Under the pieces are notes generated by a model, which did no database searches, had not been told where the DNA came from, and saw only the letters and a list, made by a program, of their open reading frames with translations. The translations under genes were made by a program, and so were the position numbers. From Eledone cirrhosa (taxonomy: Eukaryota): a DNA stretch of 64,000 nucleotides. Where the stretch lies: the NCBI GenBank assembly GCA_964016885.1, contig OZ024741.1, forward strand, positions 124,682,001-124,746,000, written 5' to 3'. How positions within the stretch are numbered: the stretch's first letter is position 1; each line of letters starts with the position of its first letter. This document shows, piece after piece, positions 50,988-61,147 of this stretch.

Positions 50988-53900
50988 TTACAGATATATA
51001 CTCAGAGTCGGCCCATTCACTCGGGCCATTCTTGCTTCTCTCACCCATCTTTCAACAAAATGCTGGGAAGAGAGCACTTCCCTCTCTACTCTGATTTTCC
51101 TTTTCAAATGAAATTTGAAAAAGTCAATCAGAGCATCACCGAAGAGGTAAGTGCTCGTCTTCAGCCCTTTCAAACGTGTCCACCATACTATCTCTTTCGC
51201 CATGGCCACCAGACAGATAAAAACTGCCTGCCCTTCCCGGCTAAAGGAGGAGGGCGGGGCAATCCTCACGATAGACTCAGATGATAGCTGGATCCGTCCT
51301 AAACGCGACAGCAGGTGTTCGACATAAACCCACAAGTCAGCAATTTTCGGACACTGGACGAGTGCGTGCAGGACGGTTTCGTCGCCCTGCGCGCATCTCG
51401 GACATGCCCGGCTGACGGCACCTCCATGCCTGTAGAGTTTATCCCGAACTGGCAAGGCTCCTCGGTAGCACTGCCAGGCCAGAGATTTCTGGAAGTTGTC
51501 CATAGGCCCTGGCCCGAAAGTTCTTCCGAAGAGATTGGCTAGTTGATTTTCGTCGACGCCTAGAGTTTCCCCAAGTACGTCGTCGCTCTTCCCCTCCACT
51601 AATCCTCTATAGAACGCCGAGGTGGAGTTTCCACCGATCACATTGCCCGATTGGTCGAGGGCTGTGAGCGCCTGAAGACATTCCAGTCTCCAGGCGCTCC
51701 CTCTCGGTCTTCGCTTGACCCAGGACTGCAGCTCCGTCAAGGAAACGAGCTGGGGAAAAACGCGTCTAGCAAACGGCGACCACACCTGATCACCGTCGAG
51801 GAAGAGGTGGAGATGTCGTAGCCTGAGCGCATGCCTGCGCATCATCAGCCACGGCATGCCCAGCCCTCCACGTAGCGGGTGTTGACAACAGATGGACCGC
51901 CTGACCATCGGAGCACGTCCCATCCACAAAAAGCGAAAGAGCAAACGCTCCAGCGCAGTCAGGCGAGGCTTAGGACAAGGTACGACGGTTAGGCGGTAGC
52001 AGATGACAGACGCGATGTACGCGTTAGCCACCTCCGCTCGACCTTTCAGGGATAGCTTCCTCTCCGCCCATTTCTGGGTGAGAGAAGCCACCCTGCTCGT
52101 CACCTCGTCCCAGTTTTTGTCCGTCTGGAGGTCCGGACCGAACCAGACCCCTAGCAATTTAACCGGTCCGTCCGTCCAGCGCCCGACGACGCTGTTGGAC
52201 GGCATGGACCTGCCTCTCCAGGTGCCGAGCTGCAGGCCCACTGACTTTTCCTGGTTGATCATTGCTCCTGTCACCGCTTCGTATTCTCTTAGTGTAGTGC
52301 CGATCGCCTCGATGTGTTTGGCGTTCGACACCACTACGGTGACATCGTCCGCATATGCTGACACGGATCTTCCGCATCCTAGTTCGCGCGGGACTCCCCT
52401 CAACGTCTCCAGTTTGTGCAGTAATGGCTCGAGAGTCAATACGTACAAGAGGGACGAGAGGGGACATCCTTGGCGGACCGAGCGCATGATGTTGAACGGT
52501 TCCGACAGGTGACCGTTCACTCTCACCACAGAGCAGATGTCGCTGTGCATGGCAGCGATCCAGCCTCTGAAGACGGGCCCAAAGCCAGCCGCCCTCAGGA
52601 CTGCCGCTAGGTAACGATGGTCGACCCTATCGAAAGCTTTCGACTGATCTAAATTGATCAAGGACCCACCCGTGCCAGGTTCCCTAGCTACCCTCTCTAC
52701 GATGTATCGCATGAGGTGGAGGTTGTCGTGGATGGATCTGTCGGGAATGGCGCATGTCTGCGCCTCTCCCACCAGACCACCAACGACAAGCGCCAACCTC
52801 TTTGCTAGCACCTTGGCCAAAATCTTAAACTCTGTGTTTAGCAGAGTTATGGGCCGGAAATTGTCTATGTTATCCCCCTTGTTCGGATCCTTTCTCAGCA
52901 GTGCCACCGCTCCTCGGCTCACAGAACTGGGAATTCTCCCGTTCTGTTGCCAGTTGCAGTAGACGTCCGCCAAGAGGCCTCCGAACAAGTCTGGCATCTG
53001 TACGTAAAGTTCATAGGGCAGACCATCCAAACCAGGCGATTTACCCCTTGTGCAGCCAGTCATTGCCTCCCGTACTTCAGCGGCTGTTATCGGCTTTTCG
53101 CAACACTTCGCCTCAGTGGCCGAGAGCCGCGGCAGTCCGTCGAGGTAGACACTAAAGTCCATCCCTCTACCCGGCCCCCCGCTGCCCCCGAACAGCTGAG
53201 CGAAGTGTCGCTGAAAAGCTTCACACATTTGCCCGGGATCGAGTAGCATGCGCCCGTCGTGGTCCACCAAAGACCGGATCGTGGCTTTGTTGCCACGACG
53301 CGCCTCCGCCACTCGGGCCCACTGAACGGCTTTCGTCCCCTCGTGTCTGAGAGCACGCACCCTAGCTCTGACAACACAGCCTTCGTGCTTTGCATTGAAA
53401 AATTGGTCAAGGGCCAATTTCGCCGCAAGCACGTCGGTCGCAATGCCTTTGCTAAGCGCCTCGTCTAATTTTCTAACTAGTTCTCCCTCTGCTCTATTTT
53501 TCTCTATTGCTAAAGCCTTACTAAACCTAATCGATTCTATTCTAATCGCTCTTTTCAGAGCAAACCACCACTTGTTGTTGACGATGGCCCCCGTCAACGC
53601 CCGCTTAACTAGTTCGCTAATCCGGTCTCTGTAGGCCTTGCGCGCTGGTAAGGACGCGTTTAGCTTCCAGTAGCCGGGTCCTCGTCTATGAAGCCTATCT
53701 AAGTCAAGCACACAGGTCACGAATTTGTGGTCCGTGTAGCTGACTATCTTGAATTGTGGACAGCCTATGCTAGACCTATCTATTTCCCTACAAAATACTC
53801 TATCTAGATATGATCTGGATGACCCTATGCGGTTTGTCCAAGTCCACATTGTCACATTCGGGAAATCCAATCGGTACCTGTCAGACAGTTCAAAACGCCT

Positions 53901-54407
53901 GAGCAGGTTGGTGAGGCTCTTGCACCCTCCACCCCTATCCGCTAATCCCACACAGTCCCAGCGTGCATCTAAGATCCCGTTCCAGTCGCCCACTAACACT
54001 AAAGAGCGGGACGTTCCAAGAAAGGTCTCCAGACGCCGGAAGAAATCAGGCCGCCCTGCTCCTGTCGGGGCATAGACGGCCACTAGCCTGAAAGCTTGCC
54101 CGTCTCCGCTGGTCACGTCCAGCACCACCAGCTTACCCTCTGGGTCCAGGAAGATGGCCCGTATGGCGAGATCCAAACCTCTCCGAAAAAGCACAGCAAC
54201 TCCTCCACCCGATCCAGGACGGCTGGGAGATGCGTACACATCGTAGCCGCCGAAGATCGGTGCGAAGGCCCGTGCTTCGGAGATTCTGGTCTCGCTGATG
54301 GCCACTACATCTATGTTTAGTGACCTGAGGTCGTTGAGCAGGTGACCCTGCTTCCATGACGACCCCAAGCCACGCGCATTTATGCTGCCTATTCTGAGTG
54401 AGGTCAT
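50988..54407 (-). CDS. Tx1 ORF2: APE endonuclease, RT, Cys-rich C-terminus
   Basis: 1139 aa; SINARGL, ISET, VYAP, GDWN, YLDR, TDHK, YADD, CPRC..H..C. Confidence 0.95.
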   Translation of the reverse strand: MTSLRIGSINARGLGSSWKQGHLLNDLRSLNIDVVAISETRISEARAFAPIFGGYDVYASPSRPGSGGGVAVLFRRGLDLAIRAIFLDPEGKLVVLDVTSGDGQAFRLVAVYAPTGAGRPDFFRRLETFLGTSRSLVLVGDWNGILDARWDCVGLADRGGGCKSLTNLLRRFELSDRYRLDFPNVTMWTWTNRIGSSRSYLDRVFCREIDRSSIGCPQFKIVSYTDHKFVTCVLDLDRLHRRGPGYWKLNASLPARKAYRDRISELVKRALTGAIVNNKWWFALKRAIRIESIRFSKALAIEKNRAEGELVRKLDEALSKGIATDVLAAKLALDQFFNAKHEGCVVRARVRALRHEGTKAVQWARVAEARRGNKATIRSLVDHDGRMLLDPGQMCEAFQRHFAQLFGGSGGPGRGMDFSVYLDGLPRLSATEAKCCEKPITAAEVREAMTGCTRGKSPGLDGLPYELYVQMPDLFGGLLADVYCNWQQNGRIPSSVSRGAVALLRKDPNKGDNIDNFRPITLLNTEFKILAKVLAKRLALVVGGLVGEAQTCAIPDRSIHDNLHLMRYIVERVAREPGTGGSLINLDQSKAFDRVDHRYLAAVLRAAGFGPVFRGWIAAMHSDICSVVRVNGHLSEPFNIMRSVRQGCPLSSLLYVLTLEPLLHKLETLRGVPRELGCGRSVSAYADDVTVVVSNAKHIEAIGTTLREYEAVTGAMINQEKSVGLQLGTWRGRSMPSNSVVGRWTDGPVKLLGVWFGPDLQTDKNWDEVTSRVASLTQKWAERKLSLKGRAEVANAYIASVICYRLTVVPCPKPRLTALERLLFRFLWMGRAPMVRRSICCQHPLRGGLGMPWLMMRRHALRLRHLHLFLDGDQVWSPFARRVFPQLVSLTELQSWVKRRPRGSAWRLECLQALTALDQSGNVIGGNSTSAFYRGLVEGKSDDVLGETLGVDENQLANLFGRTFGPGPMDNFQKSLAWQCYRGALPVRDKLYRHGGAVSRACPRCAQGDETVLHALVQCPKIADLWVYVEHLLSRLGRIQLSSESIVRIAPPSSFSREGQAVFICLVAMAKEIVWWTRLKGLKTSTYLFGDALIDFFKFHLKRKIRVEREVLSSQHFVERWVREARMARVNGPTLSIYL

Positions 54408-54442
54408 GTTTAAAATAGAGTGGAAAAGATGGGAAAGACCAC

Positions 54443-56539
54443 TTACCGTAATTTTGGTAGAGGAGGGATGGTTTTTACATCCCTTTTCACTTGATCGTCT
54501 GGTGAAGGGACCGTTGAATCGTCCCTTCGGCTGGTCGTCGGCTCTTCTAAGAGAATGTCTGAATATACTCTTCGATTAATGGTTCCTCCTAGGTCCCTGA
54601 AATCACCAACTGCGTTGGGGAATTTCGTTTTAATGTTTGTGTATTGTTTCTGTGCTATTTTTAGCAGTCTTATGTTAGTTGGCGTTTTGATTGGTGCTGG
54701 TATTATGTAGTCCTGTTGTGAAATGTCTGTGTGTTCAATTATGTAAGTCATTAGTTTCTTGTTGTGTGTGTTTATTGCCGTGCATTTGTTTTTCTGGGGG
54801 TGGGGTGTGGTTCTGCTATTTTCTTGTCGTTGTTGCTGGGTGTGTGTGTTTTGTTGTTGTGTTTGCGATGTTGGTGCTTGTGGTGGTGGTGTTGAAGGTG
54901 TTGTTGGCGGTGGGGTTGTCGCCGGTGGTGATGGTGGTGCTGGTGTGGGTGGTGATGGTGTTGGTGGTGTTGCTGCTGTGGGTCTCTTTGCAGTAGACTT
55001 TACCCTTTTCTCATTTCTTTCCTCCCTTTTCAAAGGCGACGATGCGCTGCTTCTGCGTTTGTGCCTTCTTGAGACCTTTTGCCATCCCTCTCCCACCTCA
55101 CACTCCATGTCTGATTCTGTAAGGTCGGGGAGGGGTACCAGCTCCACTCTTTCACTTGTTGTTGTTGGTGATGTTTGCACTGGAGTCTCTGTTGCAGCTG
55201 CATTTGGTATTGCTGTTGTTGTTGTTAATATTTCCACTGCTGCTGCTGTCTTTGATTTCCGTGGAGTGGGTATGGGTGCCACGGACCTATCGTTCCTGGT
55301 TGCCGCTTGTCCTGTTGCTGGTAGCCGTGGAACCGGATTCGGGAGGAGGGGGGTTTTCTCCTTTCTCATGGTCTTCTCGTTGCAGAAGGCCCTGAGGTGA
55401 GTCTTCGATCCACAGCGAAAGCATTTCGGGCGTTTGCCCTCAACACTTATGGGCAGTTGAGTGCCGTTATCGAAGTCTATCACATCCGGGATAGCTTCGA
55501 TGCACTCCTGGTTGGTTTGGATTAGCATCTCAATGGAGGAGCCGACCCAATCTTCTCTTACTTTTTTCTGTACTTGCAGTACAGTTGTTTTGTCCTCGAT
55601 TCCGACGAGGACAGACGCGGCCAGCCAAGAAGGGGTCATTCCGGGGGGGACGTGGGTCAGTTTGACCCTCACAATTTTTTGCCCGCAGTAGGAGGGCACC
55701 AACACCATTTCCTCGCTCCTTAGGGTCACTACTGATTGGGCCTTTGCCTCCTGGGGTGTGGCAAAAAGTACGTCTACGGTGGCGTATTTTTTGCCTCGGG
55801 TGATGTGCGTTTTCCTCTGCCACACAGACCCCAAGGCTTTTTGTATTTGGGCCTCTGTGGCTCTTTCCACCCTACGGGATTTTGTACTTACTGTACGGTA
55901 CGTGACCGTACAGTGCTCTTGGGTTTCGAAAAAATTTTTCGCTGCCTTGCAGATTGCTCGGTGTCCGTTCTTTGTCACCATCTTCTTCGCTTCCTCTAAT
56001 TCCTCATTTGTTATGAGGATTGTTTCCAGGTTTTTCGCAATACCTGCAAATGAGATTGGTTTTTCTCTGCTGTTGTTGTTGTCGTCAGAGCTGCTGGTAC
56101 TTTTGTTGTTGCTGCAGGTACTACGACTACTGCCTCCGCCGCTGTTGCTGTGGTTGTTGTTGGTGTTGCTGCTGCTAATGCTGTTGTTGTTTATGCTGCT
56201 GGTGATGCTGTTGCGGCTGCTACTGTTGTTTTCATTGTCACTGTTGCTGTTGTTATTACGGCTGCTACTGCTATTATTCCTGACGTCAGACGAATGAACT
56301 GGGTTTTCGTATTTCCCGCACACCTGTTTCGTCGCTGTCGTCGTCGTGGAGAAACCTTGCACGCTTTGCACGAGACTTTTCTTTTCTTTCGTCACTTGCG
56401 AAAGAGAAGGGAGGGAGAGAGACACATTTAAAGAAGGGAGGGAGAGAGACAATCTTCTCTCTGCTGTAGTGATGATTGAGGAAGAAGAAGACGGAATGAG
56501 TGGGAGTGACGTATGAAATTTCTTTTTTTTTGTAGCCAT
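54443..56539 (-). CDS. Tx1 ORF1 (gag-like, CCHC zinc knuckle)
   Basis: 698 aa upstream of ORF2; CFRCGSKTHLRAFC; low-complexity S/N- and P/T-rich segments. Confidence 0.88.
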   Translation of the reverse strand: MATKKKKFHTSLPLIPSSSSSIITTAERRLSLSLPSLNVSLSLPSLSQVTKEKKSLVQSVQGFSTTTTATKQVCGKYENPVHSSDVRNNSSSSRNNNSNSDNENNSSSRNSITSSINNNSISSSNTNNNHSNSGGGSSRSTCSNNKSTSSSDDNNNSREKPISFAGIAKNLETILITNEELEEAKKMVTKNGHRAICKAAKNFFETQEHCTVTYRTVSTKSRRVERATEAQIQKALGSVWQRKTHITRGKKYATVDVLFATPQEAKAQSVVTLRSEEMVLVPSYCGQKIVRVKLTHVPPGMTPSWLAASVLVGIEDKTTVLQVQKKVREDWVGSSIEMLIQTNQECIEAIPDVIDFDNGTQLPISVEGKRPKCFRCGSKTHLRAFCNEKTMRKEKTPLLPNPVPRLPATGQAATRNDRSVAPIPTPRKSKTAAAVEILTTTTAIPNAAATETPVQTSPTTTSERVELVPLPDLTESDMECEVGEGWQKVSRRHKRRSSASSPLKREERNEKRVKSTAKRPTAATPPTPSPPTPAPPSPPATTPPPTTPSTPPPQAPTSQTQQQNTHTQQQRQENSRTTPHPQKNKCTAINTHNKKLMTYIIEHTDISQQDYIIPAPIKTPTNIRLLKIAQKQYTNIKTKFPNAVGDFRDLGGTINRRVYSDILLEEPTTSRRDDSTVPSPDDQVKRDVKTIPPLPKLR

Positions 56540-56781
56540 GTTGTTTTTTGTTTAAAATGAAATTTTGGGTACAAAACCCCAATAACTGGTTATTTAACCC
56601 CGAAGGGCCAAATAACGGACAGAAAGACCCCTCTCACGAGGAGGAGGGTGTCTTTATCAACAATTTGGTTCAAGTTTTAAACAATTTACAATTGTTTTAA
56701 CGGTTAAAAATTACTATACCTTACAGAGCCGAGCCTCCGTCAACCATGGCATTCAATAATAATAATAATAATAATAATAAT

Positions 56782-59700
56782 GGCGATATCACTAGACAAT
56801 ATTGATAAACAAGATTAATATTTAATTTTGGATCAGGAATGTTGGAGTCGAAAATGGCAAAATGACTAAACGACTACAGATTATTATTTCACAAACAATA
56901 CCACCACCACTGCCACAATGAAAACTCTGGTCAAATCGACTCAAATTTATACCCCAACTACGACACCATCACTACAGAAATACGACCACATCACCACCAC
57001 TACTAAACGACTACAGATTACTATTTCACCACCAATGACACCACCACTACCACGATGAAAACTCTGGTCAAATCGACTCAAATCTATACCCCAACTACAA
57101 CACCATCACTACAGTAATACGACCACACCACCACCACCACTGCCTCAGTATCGCTACCGCCGCTATTCTCTCCCACTGCCTCCTACTGGTTGCTGCTAGC
57201 ACAGCACCGCCACCACATTGTAGAATTCCTACTAAAAAAGAGGAAGGCATCAAAATATATAGATAGACTCAAAAGAAAAAACAAAAATCAAAATCAAAGC
57301 AGCACAGCAACAACAACAAAAAAACAACAAAAAAACGTAAAGAAAATAAGAATGAAGAGAGAAACAAACAGACGGACAGAGAAAGGAAGGCAAAAACTAA
57401 GTCAGACATTCGAACACTACATTACAATGAAACTTATGCTTATTCATTTTGGGGGCTTTTTCTGCCTGTTTGTTTGTTTGTTTATTTGTGTTCGTCTACA
57501 GCGTGATAATGCCACACAAGAGCCACGGGGAGTGACGCAGCCACCGGAGACGGTGACCCACCGGTGGTTATGTAACCATACATTCGCCAATCCTCGATAT
57601 GAGTGTTTAAATGTCGAAATTAAACAGTTCGAATAACGGTGAAATGGAGACTAGAACGTCATGTGACAGACTCTCACCCAACAGGTGCTCCCTGGCTCAG
57701 CAGCAGGGACCTGGCTGTCAACCAAATACTGCTGGTGTCGGAAGAAGAAGAAGGAAAGGGACCAGAACCAACTGGACGAAAGAATTGAATAGAACTGTTA
57801 TGCAATGTTACCTGAAAAGTAACCCCAAGGAGAGGGGCTATAGGAGACGGATGCATAACATCTGGAACGAGATTGGTCTATTTAAATTAGCTGAACAAAA
57901 ATTGGCCGGGCAGGCTCGGGTAATAAGAACTAATGGTTGGATAAGCGAGCTGGAACTGGAGGAACTGAGCAGAGCGATTAGCTTGGAGATGGAGGGTGGA
58001 GTATGCCAGGCAGACGAGCCAGTGGGAAATGAAGGTGAAGAGGTCGAGAGAACGGAGGAACCACCCGAAGCAGACAATGATCTGAATACTGAGATAAATA
58101 ATACCTGGAACAGAGATACGGCCACTGAGGAGATGAATGCTGACGGGCTAGGACAAGATTTGGTTGACATCCTAAATTTAGTGGTAGATGAATTGAACAA
58201 TTATAGTGGGAGACCTATGAACCTAAGATATGTAGACAGGAAAAAGTTTAAAGAAACAACAGCTAAGGTAAACAAAGTCATCCCATACCTTGAGGCGAGG
58301 AGCCTTCACCAGTGCGACAATATCCTCAAAGCAACAGCAAATACGGTGAGGAAACTACTTGGTATAAAAGCGAGAGGAAACAACAGACAAGAAAGAGCAG
58401 AGCCTTGGTGGAAGAAACGACTGAGTGGTCAAATCAGGTAAATGAGAAATGACATTGGAAAGCTTGAGTCCCTACTGAATGGGACACTAAAAAACATAGA
58501 CACTAAAAATAGACTGGAAATAAAGTACAAAACTAGGAGGAAAAAGCTAAATATTATCATAGAGGAACTGAAGCAACGCATTGTAGCAAAGAGTGCAAAA
58601 ATCAGGCGATACGAGAACAGAGTCAGTAAGTATAAACAGAACCGCATGTTTGACAACAACCAGAAGATGCTGTTTGGACAGCTTGAGGGGAAAGAAAGAG
58701 GCAACGACTTGATCCCTGAGGCGGAACAAACTAAAACATTCTGGAGAGGAATATGGGAGCAGGATGTTAGACATAATGACCAAGCAGTATGGATTGAGAC
58801 AGTACATAAGGAGATCGGTGAACAGGCACACCAACAAACTGATTTGAGTATCACAGTTGAAACTCTTAAGGGGCAGGCCAAAAAACTAACCAACTGGAAA
58901 TCACCAGGCCCAGATGGTGTGCAGGGGTATTGGATTAAAGATATAACATCCCTCCACCCGAAACTGACAACCATGTTCAATGACTGCTTGATGTCAGGTG
59001 AGGTACCAGAGTGGTTGACAAAAGGTACCACAGTTCTGATAATGAAAGACCGAATCAAGGGTAATGATGTTACCAACTATAGACCTATCACATGTCTGTC
59101 CGTAATGTGGAAACTGTTGACGAGCATTGTGTCTGAGGAAATCTACCATCACCTCCACACAAACAACTTGTTACCGGACGAACAGAAAGGATGCCGAAAG
59201 AAGTCACGTTGTAGAAAGGACCAGTTACTTATTGATAAGATGGTAATGGGGAATTTGCAGGAGGAGACACGCTGATCTTGCCATGGGATGGATAGACTAC
59301 AGAAAGGCATTTTACATGGTGGCTCATTCTTGGGTCACCAAAAGCCTGGAGATCTTCAAGGTGGCAGATAACATCAGACAGTTGTTGGGCAAAAGTATGA
59401 GGTCCTGGGAAACAGAGTTGACATCAACTGGAGAATCCTTGGGAAGCATGAAGATCAAGAGAGGTATCTTACAGGGAGATAGCCTGTCCCCTCTGTTGTT
59501 TGTCCTTGCCCTGATGCCCCTGACCAGTGTACTGCGAAAAGTGAGAGCAGGATACAGGTTGGGAAAGGGAGGGCTTGCCATCAATCACCTCCTCTTCATG
59601 GGCGATCTTAAGCTCTTCGGGAATAGTGAGAAGGAGTTGGATGTGCTTGTTGACACTGTCCGTATTTTCAGCAGTGATATATGTATGCAATTTGGTATTA

Positions 59701-61091
59701 GTAAGTGTGGAGTTATTGTGATGAGGAGGGGTAGGTTGAGCAGAAGTAAAGGAATCCAGATACCAACATGTGAGATGATAAAGGAAATTGACTCTGAGGA
59801 TGGATACAAGTATTTGGGCGTTCTGGAGGCTGATGGCATAAAGAACAAAAAAATGAAGGAATTTTTAAGAACTGAATACATTCGGAGAATAAGGAGCGTA
59901 TTGATGTCACATCTGAACAGCAGAAATGACATAAGCGCAGTAAATTCCCGAGCTGTGTCTATTATTAGGTACAGTGCGGGAATTCTGAGATGGAATGTTG
60001 CTGAACAAAAAGAAATGGATAGGAAGACTAGGAAGCTATTGACTATCTACATGTTCCACAAGAGGAGTGATGTCGATAGACTCTACTTATGGAGATCTGA
60101 AGGTGGAAGAGGTCTTATCAGCATAGAGGACTGTGTTAAGATGGAGAAAAACAACCTACACAAATACGTGACTGATAGTAGGGAGCCAATGCTCAGAATT
60201 GTACTGAAGGAGAGGACAATAGACCAGGGGATGTCCAAGGAGAAAATAACAACAAGGAGAAAGAGCAGCCTTCATGAAAAATCCCTTCATAGTACCTTCT
60301 TTGAGAAAACTGAATTCAGAGATCCACAGACATGGAACTGGTTGAAAACTGGAGACCTTAAAAAGGCTACAGAAGGAATGCTAATGGCTGCGCAAGAGCA
60401 GGCCCTCAAAACGAAGTGGTTGAAACACCATATTTATAAGAGGAGGCTAGCCCACCTTGCAGGATCTGTGGAGAGAGAGAGGAGACTGTGTCTCACATTG
60501 TATCCGAGTGTAAACAGCTAGCCCAGACTCACTAAAAAGGCTGGAGACATGATGTGATGGGCAGGGTGATCCACTGGCACCTATGCAAAGTAAACAATTT
60601 ACCAAATTCTGAGAAGTGGTATGAGCATAAGCCAGAGTCGGTGATAGTAAACGATCAGGTGAAGGTGCTGTGGGATTTTAGGATACACAAGAAACTGGAA
60701 CACAATAGTCCTGACCTGGTGGTTCTGGACAAGGAAAAAAGATCGTGCCTGATTGTGGATGTGGCCTGCCCATTCGACACGAGAGTGCAAGAGAAGGAGA
60801 GGGAGAAAATTAACCGATACCAGGACTTAAAGTGGGAGGCAAAAAGGATTTGGAACTGCCATGAAGTCAAAGTGATCCCGATTATCATAGGGGCACTAGG
60901 TACTATCTCAAATAGTTTCCGGGGATGGTTAAAGAAAATTGGCCCCGCCAAGCTTTTTGGAACGCTTCAAAAGGCATGCTTGCTGGGAACAGCAAGCACC
61001 CTCCGATATGTTCTGAATATCTGAGGTAGTGGCTTGATATTCATTTCAACAAACTTTCCAGTTAACTAACATCAATGACTGAGACTCAAGG
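56782..61091 (+). pseudogene. Dong family A copy 3, disrupted, truncated within the 5' region
   Basis: Starts at sequence matching 46324; ORF fragments 57611-61024; (AAT)n tail 61092-61145. Confidence 0.93.
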
Positions 61092-61112
61092 AGTAATAAC
61101 AATAATAATAAC

Positions 61113-61145
<33 letters not shown>

Positions 61146-61147
<2 letters not shown>

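Larger units (their letters stand above)
50726..56754 (-). mobile_element. Full-length Tx1-type L1 element inserted antisense in (TAA)n
   Basis: Two intact ORFs; 3' end AATAAAGAAATC(ATT)n; the 5' end abuts (AAT)n 56755-56781. Confidence 0.95.
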
